This document shows, piece after piece, positions 25,001 to 37,440 of a DNA stretch of 64,000 nucleotides (position 1 is its first letter; each line of letters starts with the position of its first letter). Origin of the DNA: the human T2T-CHM13v2.0 reference genome, Homo sapiens; assembly GCF_009914755.1 (NCBI RefSeq), contig NC_060932.1; one strand, written 5' to 3'. The position numbers were made by a program, and so were the translations under genes. Below the pieces are notes generated by a model, which saw only the letters and a program-made list of their open reading frames with translations, made no database searches and had not been told where the DNA came from.

Positions 25001-28000
25001 GGTTTTGTGTGGCAGCCACAGGCGCAGGTGGGGTGGCCCTGGGGAGTGGACACCTGCCCATGGGGTGCTGGGCAGGCTGGCTGCTACCATCCCTGCCCTT
25101 CCTAACTGCTGGCTGTCACCCAGGCTGCCCCTCTATCAGGAATGACCCTTTCCCTGAGCAATTCAGTCCCCAGACAGGACCCACCGTGGGAGCCCAGCTC
25201 CAGCACGGAGGAATGAGGGCAGGGAGTGAGCGTGGCGCCCGTGGAGTACAGCCCGTGTGGGGCCCTCGCCTTGGCTGGTGTTAGTTCACAGCCCCTGGTG
25301 CAGCCTGGCATAGCGAGGGTGTTTGTGCTCGGCTAGGGCATGAGGACCCTGAGGGTCACAGTGGTTCAATGACTCAAGAGGGCGGCTCGGGGCTGGAGGC
25401 GGAGCCAGGTCAGCCCCCGGAGAGTCTGTCCCTCCTTGAATGCCAGCTCCTCATGGTCTCCGAAGCCCCCTTGAGGGACCGCACTGCTCAGGGTGCCAGG
25501 CAAGCTGCTGCCTGCAGGGGAGGGGCGGGGTTAGGGGCCTTACTTCGCGGACATGGACACTGAGGCTTGGTGGGGCTGAGTCGTTACCCGAGGTCTCCGA
25601 CCTCACCAGGGAGGCCTGGGGCTGCCTGGGTCCAGAACCTCTGTTTTCAGGCTGTGTTCTTGGGGAAAGAAAGTCCTCGGGGCCCATCGGTGGATCCAGC
25701 ACATTCTCAAAGCTGTGTGCTGAGCGAAGCCAGGGAGGTTTTGCCCTGGAAGCTACAGGTTTCCCAGCCCCGTACAAGGCAGGTGAGGGGCTTGCTGGGG
25801 GCCTGATGAACACATCTCCCTGGCTGGGTATCTTCCTTCTCCGGGGTGCCCTGGCACGGGCAGCCTCCTAATAACCTGCCCAGGATTTGGCCCTGGCCCC
25901 CTTAGTTCCCACCGAGTGACCAGGACTGGCCCCTGCCCCTCTGTAGTCCTGGCTTCCTGTTCATGGAGGGTGCTGGGCTGTCTATTTTGATGCAGCAGCC
26001 TCAGGCTGTGTGTGTGGAGCTTGGAGGATGGTGGGACCCATGGGGTGGCATGAAGGTGGCCCTACTTCACCTCCGACCCCTTGCTCTGTGTGTCCTGTGG
26101 GATTTCCCTGGTTGCCTTCCGCAGGGGCCCTCCCAGCCGTCGGCTGCTCTGTGTGCCCTGTGCTGGGGCACAGAGGACGCATGGGCTGCTGCAGGCTAGT
26201 CTCCTGCACCCGGCTGAGGGCACCGCTTCCCCTCCCCAAACAGAGTGGCTCCAGGAGCAACATGCACTTCTCTGCCAGGGACAGGGTAGAAGCACCCCAT
26301 CCCTCCCCATCAGGGCTGGCCTCCTGTCTGGCCTTTGCCTCCTGTCTGGCTCCCCTGCCTGGAGAGCCTGCTCCTGGCCTTCAGCTGGGCTTGAGTCCAA
26401 TGTGACCCCTTCCAGATACTTCCTAGAACACTGGCTGTGCCTCTCTGCATGAGAACAGGTCCTGAAAGAGGGGATGTTTCACCTGGGGACTGTCACGCAG
26501 TAGGCACTCAGCTGCTTTTTGCTGAGCTGTGAGTAGACGGTGTCAGGCTGGGGGGCCCAGGCTCTGTGTGGGTGCAGCGAAGCAGGGCTGTGGGGCAGGG
26601 CTGGGGCCCTGAACCCATTGGGGAGAGGGGGAGCTTTGACCAGCAGGGGTGGATGAAAGTCAGCGGCCTTCCCAGTGGGAGGTGAAAATGAGCTAAAATT
26701 TCTCCTCTAGAGGACTGACGTTGATCACGTTTCTGGGCTTCGCCCGCACCAGATCTCGGCCCTCCCTGCCGTCGGGAGCAACCCTGCCCTTGACGGGTGA
26801 GCCAGCTGAGGCCCAGTTGGGCTGATCTCCCCTTGGAACCCTCGAGCCCACTGGAGCAGCCAGGACTCCACCAGGGCCTTTCGCTCCACTTAGGGCAGCA
26901 GGGCCCGAAGTCGCAGCTGCTGGCTTTCCGTCTGGCAGGATGCTGGGTGGACCCCGAGGAGACACCTGGGTGGACAGGTGTGGACACAGCCACCATAAGG
27001 AGAGAGCAGCCGCCGGGGGCTGCCACCACCCCCACAACACAGGGCCCGGATTGCCTGCTTCCTCTCACTAAGTGCCTTGTTAATGACTGCACGGGCCATT
27101 ATTTGCCGCGGAGCCGCAGTAATTGGAGAACTAACCTCTCAGCAGCAGGTTGGCTGCCCTCACCACTGCTGGAAGCACCTGGGATATTCTGGACACTGGG
27201 CTGGACGTGGAGGACGACAATAGGTGGTTGCCCAGAAGGCCCAGTGGGCAGGATTTTCTCTTCCTGAGAGCAGCAGCAGCTGGGCGACAGGCTCAGGACT
27301 CCCCAGCGGAGGGGAGCACCCAGACTCCAGGGGGCATCCACCTGAAGCTTCTCACAGCCTGGCAGGAGCATGACTCCAAACAAGGCTAAAGCTCCTACAT
27401 CCTCAGCCCCCCCTTTCTCTCTGGGACTGCAGGATGGTGCCACATCCTGAGAGGGGAGGAAGGGCTCTGGGTGGGGTCTGAGAGACTTAAGCTCGAGTCC
27501 AAGTCCAAGTCCAGACCAGTCCACTTGGTGATATGCATGCAGCCTCCTCCAGGAAGGCAGCCGCAATTGCCTGCTCACTGCAAAGTGGGCCTACAGCTCC
27601 TCCTTGGAATGCCCCTGCTCCCATGCCCAGCCCTGTCCCCTGGCCCCGCAGGCTGGCCCCTCAGCGTCATGAGCTCTCTGCACTGTTCTGAATGCACACA
27701 GTAACTGCTCACAGGGGGAGTGGACATGAACACAGACAGAGAGAAAGCGGACTCCAAGTGTCAGGATTCACAGTCATGGGGCCGGAGGAGGGAGAGAGCT
27801 CTTTGCTGTGGGGTGGTCCAGGAAGACCTCTGGAGGGGAGTTGGGCCCCACAAGTGGCAGAGGACTTGGGAATTAGTCAGGGAAGGGCACTCCTTCCCAG
27901 GCTGGCAGATGGTGAGAAGGGACCAGCACTGACAGGGGAGTGTCCTGCACTCACTCAGGGCTCTGTGTTCACACTTCTGCTTACTTACATAATGTGTGAC

Positions 28001-28950
28001 CCCCACGTACCTGCAGGTAACAGAAGAATCAAGAGACTGGGTAACAACGTCCCAGAGCATCCTACGGAAGAGGTCCGCTCACGCTGCAGCAACAGACAGC
28101 CCCCGTGTCTCAGTGACTGACACAGCAGAGGCGCCTCCCGCTCACCTGACCATGCCCTCCCCAGCTCAGCAGGTGCCCTGCCCACGGCTGTCACTCAGGA
28201 ACCCAGGCTGATGACACATCTCCCATCTCGAATGTTGCTGGTCACCACGTGAGAGGGAAAAGACAGGGTGGCAAGCAAACCCTGGCCGGTGAAGGTCCCT
28301 CCAGGAAGTGACAGGTCACCTTGGCACACAACTCACGGGCCGTGCCCGTGTTCAACAGCGTGGGGTGTGTGGTCTCAGGGTCCCTGGAGGGACACAGCCA
28401 CATGAGCAGCTCTAATGACCACCAAACAGTGGAGGGGAAAGGGTGCGAATCAAGTCGAAGCACACTGAAAACATTCCCACACGAAGGCATGTGAGCTTGG
28501 TTTCCCAGGATCTGCAGCTTCCAGGCTCCCGGACTCTCAGCAGTCAGAGCAAGGGGTGATGCAGGGGGAGAGAGGACCCCGACATTCACAGGTGCTGGCT
28601 GCTCAGGGGTAAATGGCGTTTTCCAGCTGAATGGGGCCGCAAAGCAAAAGCACCGGGGTCCTGAAGATGCCACCATGTTGTGTAGCCCGGGGGCACCTAG
28701 ACAGACCTCTGCATAAGCACAGGGTGAGGCTCCGTTGCAGATTCTTCAGGTTTCTCCATGGCAATCAAGGGTCACAGTGCCAAACGGAGGTCACAGCGTC
28801 AAAGATGAGTCCAGAAGATGCGATTTAAGGGGAAGCCAGTGTTCTCTAAAATTGCTTCAGAGGAAAGAAAGAAAGGAAAGGAAACATGGATGGTATTTAG
28901 GTGAATACGTCCACTGAGGCTGTGTAAAGAGCCATGGAAAACCCGGGCGG

Positions 28951-29362
28951 GTGGATTAGCCTGGGCTCTCCAGAAAAACAGAATAGACAGACAGACAGAC
29001 AGAGATTTCCTGAAAGGAGCTGGCTCATACATTAAAGAGGCTGGGAAGTCCAAGATCTGCAGTTGGTGAATTGGAGAACTGGGAGAGCCGATGGCAGCTG
29101 GAGCCCAAGTCCGAGCCTGAGACTGGAGGAGACCAGCGTCCCAGCTTGGAGGCAGCCAGGAAAGGAGGGAGAGTTCTTTTCCACCCCGGCTTTTATCCAC
29201 TCAGGACTTCACCGCACATGGGGGAGGGTGGTCTGTTTACTCGGTCCACCAAATTCCATGGCAGTCTCAGGTGGAAGCACTTACATGCACAGAACGATGT
29301 TCAACCAAATACCAGGGCACCCCGTGGCCCAGTCCAGTTGACACTATGAAATTAGCCATCAC
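28951..29362 (-). mobile_element. MLT2-family (ERVL) solo LTR
   Basis: attagcctgggctctccagaaaaacagaa, (GACA)n, ggctgggaagtccaagatctgcag ... gtggcccagtccagttgacactatgaaattagccatcaca. Confidence 0.88.
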
Positions 29363-31249
29363 ATGAGGGCTTAAGCCACAATCATTTGCATTAAGCCTCA
29401 CAAGCCTTGACAACAGTGGCTGATCTCGGCTGATCTCAGCTGGGGGCCGAGGGCAAGGGGCCAAGCAGAGGCAGGCAAAGCCCCCCAGGCCGTGGCATGC
29501 ACCGGTGCGCTTCACAGGGCCTTATTCCATTTCAGTGAGTCACATGACCAAGGCTGAGTCAGAATGTATTTCCCACCCCCACAGGCACACACGCACAGTG
29601 GAGGACAAACAAAACTTCACTACGAAGGGCGTGGACACAGGGAAGGGTGAAAAACTGGGCCAGGGATGCAACTCTACCCGGACGGCCTGTTCTCCATGAA
29701 TATGTCCTCTAGACCTGAATTAACGGCAGAGCCACAGGCAGCAACAATCCTGCAAGCGGGTGCCTGCACACGTGTGTGTATGTCTGTGTGTGCATGTGTG
29801 CATGTACGTGTGTACATGCCTACATATGTGGGGAAGGGGATGTGGGTGGCAGACAGGGCATTGGTGGGCTCTGGTGAGAAGGGGGACATATTTGAGACCT
29901 GTACCCAGGGCTGCAGTGAGTCCTGGGAGCTGGCCCCAGTGTGGGGTGGGGCACACAACAGTAAGCCCTGTTCTCAGGTGCCTTTCCTGGTGGCCAAGTT
30001 CCTTCACATCCACCGGCTCCCTGGAACCCCCCAAGAACACCTGTGGGGTCTTGCCCCGGTTCTGAGCTCGGTAGTGCCACGATGAGCAGTCCTAGCGCTG
30101 CTCACTGAGTGAACCTGAAGGGCTGCAGAGGAAGAATTTTGTGTTTCCCTTGACCTTGGCTCGGGGCCCTGCCTCCAGCAAGAGAGCAATGGGGGAGGGC
30201 ACTAGAGACCCACGTGGCTGCACCATGAGGGTGGCGAGCTTGGCAGCTCAACGAGACCCCCTGCTTCATCCGCCAGGAGCTTCAGTGCACTTGCTTCCTC
30301 ACCCTGAAGCCCAGACAGGGGGGAGAGAGCGGCACAAGGTCACCAAGTGCCGATGCTGACCCCTGGTCATTTTTCTCCAATCTGTGTGTTGTCCCTGCCC
30401 CAGCCTCCTGGGCCACCAGCAGGAGGCCTGAGCGGGAAGGGGGATCGTCCCTGGGAGGAGGGACCCTGCCCTTTACACCCCAGTATCTGCTCCCTGTTGT
30501 TTATGATGGGTGAGGGTCCTCCCAATCTGTCACGAGGGCAGCAGGACAGCAGAGAACCAGGCTTTGGGGAGGGGGTCTGTGGGGCAGGTGAGCAGCAGGC
30601 TGGAGGGACCTGGGGCCAGGGACACAGGGACGTGTCTATATCTCAGTGGAGGAGGTGGGAAGGCTCTGCCCACCTCACTGTGGGCTCTGCTGGGAACTGC
30701 AGGCTCCAGGCCGACTCTCAGCAGGCCCGGCTGTGGGGATCATGGGGGATGATGGCTGTGGTTGGGGGGAGCGGACAGGGCCAACAGGGCCTGACCTGGG
30801 GCAGGGACAGTGAGATACAGTAGGATCATGTACCCTGATCTGCAGTGGGTTATCCCAAACCAGTCTGCCCGTGGGGGTCCCCACTTCCCAGGTAAGAGTG
30901 TGGAGGCTCAGAGAGGTGCAGCCACTGCTACCAGGCACACAGCCAGGAAAACAGGGGACCCGGAGCCACAGGGCTGCTCCACAGGGCTCATGTCACTCAC
31001 CATCTTCCAGAAAAAGACAGCAGCTGAGAGACAGGCTGGGGCCTCTCTCCAGGGACCAGAGGGTGGTTGTGGCCCAGAGGGGGCCAGGGATCAGGCTGGG
31101 GGCTGTTTTGGACCCACAGGCACCGCCAGGAAGGCTGAGTCCGTGGTGAGGACCCTGGCAAAGTAGCTGCACCAGGCCTCCTGCTGGGTGGCATGGGCGC
31201 CCGTCCTGCCTCTGTTGATGATGCTGGCTAGTGGGGAGAGAGCTTGGTT

Positions 31250-31390
31250 TCAACAGCCATAGACATCTAATCATGAAAATATTAGCCAGTTAAAGTGTCT
31301 TTCCCAGAGGGGGAAAATTTCCATGGAGAAAGTTCCGGGCCTTGTAAAGAATACAAATGAGTCTTGTTGGGAATTAATTAAGGCTCCGGT
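31250..31390. promoter_or_regulatory. Candidate enhancer with two adjacent Rel/NF-kB-like sites and a homeobox palindrome
   Basis: GGGGGAAAATTTCC (31309-31322), GGAGAAAGTTCC (31325-31336) and TTAATTAA (31374-31381) in an AT-rich island. Motif-only inference. Confidence 0.35.
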
Positions 31391-31974
31391 GCCTGGCCAT
31401 CCCTGACAGGAGGGGCGATGGGCTGCTGGCCAGGGTGTCAGGGCCAACGGCAGGGCTGGGAGCAGACAGGACCTGGCCTGTACCTCTCTCCCTCCATCCC
31501 TGGGTAGAGGTGCTTCAAGGGGCCAGGTCCCTTGAGGGTCTCCTCTGTCCAGCAGCATGGCGTTTGCTCTCCCCGGCCTTGTGGGTGGCACTGCTGTCCA
31601 GATGAATGGTGGCGGGGGTGGGGGGAGTGGTTCACACAGAGGACACAGGGGAGGAGGGTCCTGACTTTCAGGCCTCAGGTTCCCCAGAGGAGGACACTGA
31701 CAATGGGTCAGAGCTGCATGATGGCTCGGGCAGGGGGCGTGGGGCTGCTGCGGTGAGTCCTGACACCTGTCCGTCACCCAGCAAGGAACAGGCTGTGTCC
31801 CACATCTACACTGCGCGGAGTCCTTCCCTACTGGCCCCACCAGCCATCGGGGCTGGCTCCCTGGGCTCATTTTCCTCTAGGGTGGGCACACAGGGGTGCC
31901 AGCCTGCCTCTCACAGGCCCTGTCCTCTCTCCCCTGTGCCCGACTCTGGGATCCCCTGCCTCTCTAGGGGGGGC

Positions 31975-32250
31975 CCTAGGCATGTCAGGACCAGCGCCTT
32001 TACCATGGTTAATGGATCGGAACAAAGGATGCCTTTTAGCTGTTAATCGATCAATAACTGGAGTTGACACATGGTTCTGATTTCCGTAGTTTTTCTGATG
32101 TCCTTTTTCTTGGTGTCCCATCTAAGACACCACATCCCATCCAGGCATCATTCTGTCGTTTTCTATTGGGGTGAAACAGACACGGCAAGATCCTCCATGC
32201 AGGGTTCTGTGGACGTTTACACTCCCTGGGCCCACAGAGTAAGAAAGAGT
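31975..32250 (-). mobile_element. L1MC-like 3'-end fragment
   Basis: Reverse complement reads gatgtggtgtcttagatgggacaccaagaaaaaggacatcagaaaaactacggaaatc, similar to the L1MC 3' UTR. Confidence 0.65.
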
Positions 32251-32899
32251 GTTCCCCACCTCTCAAGGTTCCCCTGGTGCCTCCCAGCAGTACCCGCCGG
32301 GGACAAGAGCCCTGGCGCCTCCCAGCAGTGCCCGCCGAGGACAAGAGCTGCCCTTCCCACTTCTGCTGCCTTTAAATATCACCTAAGGGGACCGCACGGG
32401 ATGTGTCTTTTCTGTCTGGCTTTTTCACTGCGTCCTGTCGGTCTGTGAGAGGCATTCATGGTATTGCAGGGAGGAAAAATGACTTTATTGAGAAATATTT
32501 TAAATGTACCAAGAAGTACAGAGAATGAAATAATGAGCATGTTTGGACCCGCAGTCCACATTTTCATGTTTGCACCATTTGGTTCTGAGCTCTGACCCTG
32601 GCCGATGACTCCTCGTCCTCCTCCTCCTCCTCTTACTCCTCCTCCTCCTCCCCCCTCTCCTAACTTCTCCTGCCCCCTGTGATAAACTTGCCGTCCTGCC
32701 GAATGTGCTGGCAGTGCAGCAGCTGGGTGTAGAGTGTGTGGGGAGTCTCCGTCAATGACGTGGAATGGCTGGGTTTGGGGCTATCCATCTGCATTTCCAA
32801 TATTGCATTTTGTCTTACTTCCTCTTCACAGAGTGCATGAAATGCACCGTCTCCCTGCCTCCCCACTCACACGTGCTGCACACACGCGGTGATCCTGCT

Positions 32900-35200
32900 G
32901 GTCTGTTGGGAGTGAAATATGTCCCCCGTGACTCCCTGGTGACTTCCTGGCCATTTGTATATGTTTTTTTCTGTGACATGATTATTGTCATATTTTTACA
33001 TATTTTTCTTTGGGGCTATTTTGTCTTTTCCTTGGAGATATATAGTCTTTGTATACAATAGATACTAATATGTTAATTATATGCGTTAAAAGTGCCTTGA
33101 CCGAGAACATGGCTTATCATGTTACATGCATACACGGTTTTTCCTTTTTGTTTCTGTGAAATCGTCCACTTCATCTGAGCTTGCACATTTACTGGCAGAC
33201 GGCATCGCATATTCCTTCTTTTTGCATTTCCAATGTGCTCCTTTCTGGATTTTCTCTTTCTTTTCTTCGTTCAACTTGTCAGAGGTCCGTCTACCTTATT
33301 ATCCATCACACAAAAAAGCCAAAACAAAACAAAACAAAAATTGAAGCCTTGGTTTGACCGCTCTGTTTTCTATTTTTAAGCATCTGCCTTTATCTTTGCT
33401 TTTTGCTCTCTTCTATCGCTACGTTTTGAAAATTTCTGTCATTGTTCTTTTTTTAGCTTCCTGAGCTGAACATTTAACTCATTTTTGTTTTCCACTGTTT
33501 GCTAAAGGCACTTAAAGCTAAGATTTACCAGGAAATATAAATAGGCTTTTATCTACATCTAAATATTTTTAAACCCTCCTCTCCATTGTGATGAAAAAAA
33601 AAAAAAAAACCACTTCGTGATAGTTTCATCAGATTTTGGAAGTTTTCAGCCATTGTGTCTTCAGATATCTATTTCTGCTTCTATGTGTTAGGCTGTTTGA
33701 TAACATCTCACATGTCCCTGGGGCCTGTTCATTTCTCTTTATTCTTTTTTTTCCTCTGTTCTCCAAATTGGATAATTTCTATCGATCTGTTCTTAAGTTC
33801 ACTGATGCTCTTGCCATCTTCAATCGTGGGTAAAGCCCACTCAGTGAATTTTTCATTTCAGTGTTTGTAATCCATAATTTCCCTGGCGTCTTACTCATTG
33901 TTTCCATTTCTCTGCTGAGGCTGCCTTTCTGTTCACTCCTAAGACTATATTTCCTTTAATTGTGTGATGATATCTTTTTGTTACAAATTTATAATAATTG
34001 CTTTCAAGTCTTTATTGGCTGTGTCCAGCCCCTGGGCCACCTCTGGCGGGATTTCCATGGACGCTGTCATTTTTCTTGATCATGAATCACATTTTTCAAT
34101 TCCTTTGTTTTGTCTAGTGATTTTTGATTGAATTCTAGCCACTGTGGATAGTTCATAGTGAAGACTCTGGATTCTAGGTTTGCCTTTTGTTTTTCCTGAT
34201 AAGAGTTGGTTCTCATTTGTCAGGCAGCTCAGTCTCAGGCTGATGGCCTCGAACCCATGAGTTTGCTTTCTGTGTGTCCAGTGTGAATCTGAGGAAGGTG
34301 CAAGTGGTGTCACAAAACCTGTCACTTGAGGGGACACAACCAGCACTGGGCCTGCTGCGCAGCTTTGTCAGGGGCTTGGCTGTGGACTCTGTGAGGCCAC
34401 AGCAGACCTTGCTGCAGGGAGTGATCTTTCCTTCGGAGCTGCAGCATTCCTGGGCTCCCTTCTCTGCACACTTCCCTGTTCTCTGATTCCTGCCCCACAG
34501 ATTACAGCTGCTTCTGGTACTGCCCACACTAGCTTCTGCCTGTGAGCTCAGAGGGACCGTTGTGCTCCACTCAAACCCAGGTCTCTCTGCCATCATTTAA
34601 AAACTGCAGTTTTTTTTGCTAGGCAAAATTGCTGAGCAATCATACGTCTCACTTTTCAAGTCTCCCCAGTCTCACGGGTTTTGCTCTCACCCTACCTGTC
34701 TCCACTGCTGGAAGAGGAGTTTCCTTCATTTTGACGAGTTGGGGGCTTGCTGGTGGTGAGAGGGTGACCCTGTGCCACCTGCTTCACCGTGGTCCTACAA
34801 GTTCATCCGCCCAGAAGATGTTTAGGGTGGCAGGTATTAGTATTTTTATAATCATTGAGTTATAATAAATCTAAAGTAAACATGCAAAATGTGGTGTCCA
34901 GATTGGTGAAAACTGACAATAGTACACAGATGATTTCTAATATTCCAGAATTTTTCTCATGCCATTTGGCATTTACTTCTTCCCACTCCCAGAAGCAAAT
35001 ACTGCTCTACATGGATTCTAGAGCTTCACAGGAACGGAATCATAAAATATATACCTCTTTTGCCTCTGATCTTTTCATTCAACATGTTTTGGGAATTCAC
35101 TCTTGTTGGTGGATATTTCAATAGTCAACTTCCTTTTATTGTTACATAGCATTGTGTTGTATGAAGATACCTCGATTTTGCTTATTTCTGGTTAATGGAC
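32900..35200 (-). mobile_element. Patchwork of decayed L1M fragments
   Basis: T-rich antisense-L1 phrases: ggccatttgtatatg, ttttggaagttttcagccattgtgtcttcagatat, cttttcattcaacatgttttgggaattcac...gttaatggacac. Confidence 0.7.
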
Positions 35201-35423
35201 ACAGGGAAATAATATGTGAGATAACAACAAAATACTAACAAGGAGGGCAGGGGAAGTTGGAGCTAATCTCAGATGATGGAATAGAGATGGAAAGGTTGTA
35301 GCCTCCAAGGTCACACAATATCAGGGTGAGCACCAGAAGCAGGTGAGAGTGCTGGTGGTGGGCACGGTGTATAGGTGAGAGTGATGGGCATGGTGTGTAG
35401 GTGAGGGTGGTGGTGGTGGGCAC
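35191..35423 (+). repeat. Local duplication, copy 1 (233 bp)
   Basis: Matches 38042-38274 (offset 2851) with 4 substitutions by manual alignment. Confidence 0.97.
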
Positions 35424-37440
35424 TGTGTGTAGGTGAGGGTGTGATGGGCATAGGGTCAGGTGAGGGTGGTGGTGGTGGGCACCGTGTGTAGGTGAGGGTG
35501 TGATGGGCATAGGGTCAGGTGAGGGTGGTGGTGGGCACAGTGTGTGGGTGAGGGTGTGATGGGCATAGGGTCAGGTGAGGGTGGTGGTGGTGGGCACCGT
35601 GTGTAGGTGAGGGTGTGATGGGCATAGGGTCAGGTGAGGGTGGTGGTGGGCACAGTGTGTGGGTGAGGGTGTGATGGGCATAGGGTCAGGTGAGGGTGGT
35701 GGTGGTGGGCACCGTGTGTGGGTGAGGGTGGTGGTTGGCACTGTGTGTAGGTGAGGGTGGTGGTCGTGGGCACCGTGTGTAGGTGAGGGTGTGATGGGCA
35801 CAGGGTCAGGTGAGGGTGGTGGTGGGCACCATGTGTAGGTGAGGGTGGTGATGGGCACAGGGGCAGGTGAGGGTGGTGGTGGTGGGCACAGTGTGTAGGT
35901 GAGGGTGTGATGGGCATAGGGTCAGGTGAGGGTGGTGGTGGTGGGCACCGTGTGTGGGTGAGGGTGTGATGGGCATAGGGTCGGGTGAGGGTGGTGGTGG
36001 TGGGCACAGTGTGTGGGTGAGGGTGTGATGGGCATAGGGTCAGGTGAGGGCGGTGGTGGTGGGCACAGTGTGTGGGTGAGGGTGGTGGGCACAGTGTGTG
36101 GGTGAGGGTGGTGGTTGGCACTGTGTGTAGGTGAGGGTGGTGGTCGTGGGCACCGTGTGTAGGTGAGGGTGTGATGGGCACAGGGGCAGATGAGGGTGGT
36201 GGTGGGCACAGTGTGTAGGTGAGGGTGGTGATGGGCATAGGGTCAGGTGAGGGTGGTGGTGGTGGGCACCGTGTGTGGGTGAGGGTGGTGGTTGGCACTG
36301 TGTGTAGGTGAGGGTGGTGGTCGTGGGCACCATGTGTAGGTGAGGGTGTGATGGGCACAGGGTCAGGTGAGGGTGGTGGTGGGCACCATGTGTAGGTGAG
36401 GGTGGTGATGGGCACAGGGGCAGGTGAGGGTGGTGGTGGTGGGCACAGTGTGTAGGTGAGGGTGTGATGGGCATAGGGTCAGGTGAGGGTGGTGGTGGTG
36501 GGCACAGTGTGTGGGTGAGGGTGTGATGGGCATAGGGTCAGGTGAGGGCGGTGGTGGTGGGCACAGTGTGTGGGTGAGGGTGGTGGGCACAGTGTGTGGG
36601 TGAGGGTGGTGGTTGGCACTGTGTGTAGGTGAGGGTGGTGGTCGTGGGCACCGTGTGTAGGTGAGGGTGTGATGGGCACAGGGGCAGGTGAGGGTGGTGG
36701 TGGGCACAGTGTGTAGGTGAGGGTGGTGATGGGCACAGGGTCAGGTGAGGGTGGTGGTGGTGGGCACAGTGTGTGGGTGAGGGTGGTGGTTGGCACTGTG
36801 TGTAGGTGAGGGTGGTGGTCGTGGGCACTGTGTGTAGGTGAGGGTGTGATGGGCACAGGGTCAGGTGAGGGTGGTGGTGGGCACCATGTGTAGGTGAGGG
36901 TGGTGATAGGCACAGGGGCAGGTGAGGGTGGTGGTGGGCACAGTGTGTAGGTGAGGGTGTGATGGGCACAGGGTCAGGTGAGGGTGGTGGGCACAGTGTG
37001 TGAGTGAGGGTGTGATGGGCACAGGGTCAGGTGAGGGTGGTGGTGGACACAGTGTGTGGGTGAGAGTGGTGGTTGGCACTGTGTGTAGGCTAGGGTGGTG
37101 GTCGTGGGCACCATGTGTAGGTGAGGGTGTGATGGGCACAGAGGCAGGTGAGGGTGGTGGGCACCATGTGTAGGTGAGGGTGTGATGGGCACAGGGGCAG
37201 GTGAGGGTAGTGGGCACCGTGTGTAGGTGAGGGTGGTGGTGGGCACTGTGTGTAGGTGAGGGTGGTGGTGGTGGGCACCGTGTGTAGGTGAGGGTGGTGG
37301 TGGGCACAGGGGCAGGTGAGGGTGGTGGTGGGCACCATGTGTAGGTGAGGGTGGTGGTGGGCACAGGGGCAGGGGAGGGTGGTGGGCACCATGTGCAGGT
37401 GAGGGTGTGATGGGCACAGGGGCAGGTGAGGGTGGTGGTC
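35341..37440. repeat. G-rich modular minisatellite (VNTR A), ~25-32-bp modules beginning ggtgaggg
   Basis: Modules such as aggtgagggtggtggtggtgggcacagtgtgt and aggtgagggtgtgatgggcatagggtc. A rare gagggcggt variant recurs at 36051 and 36549 (498-bp higher-order period). Confidence 0.97.

Noticed and set aside
30880-30945. Splice-donor-like cag|gtaaga
   Set aside because: Lies in MIR-like sequence (cccacttcccagg...gaggctcagagagg); no matching exon evident.
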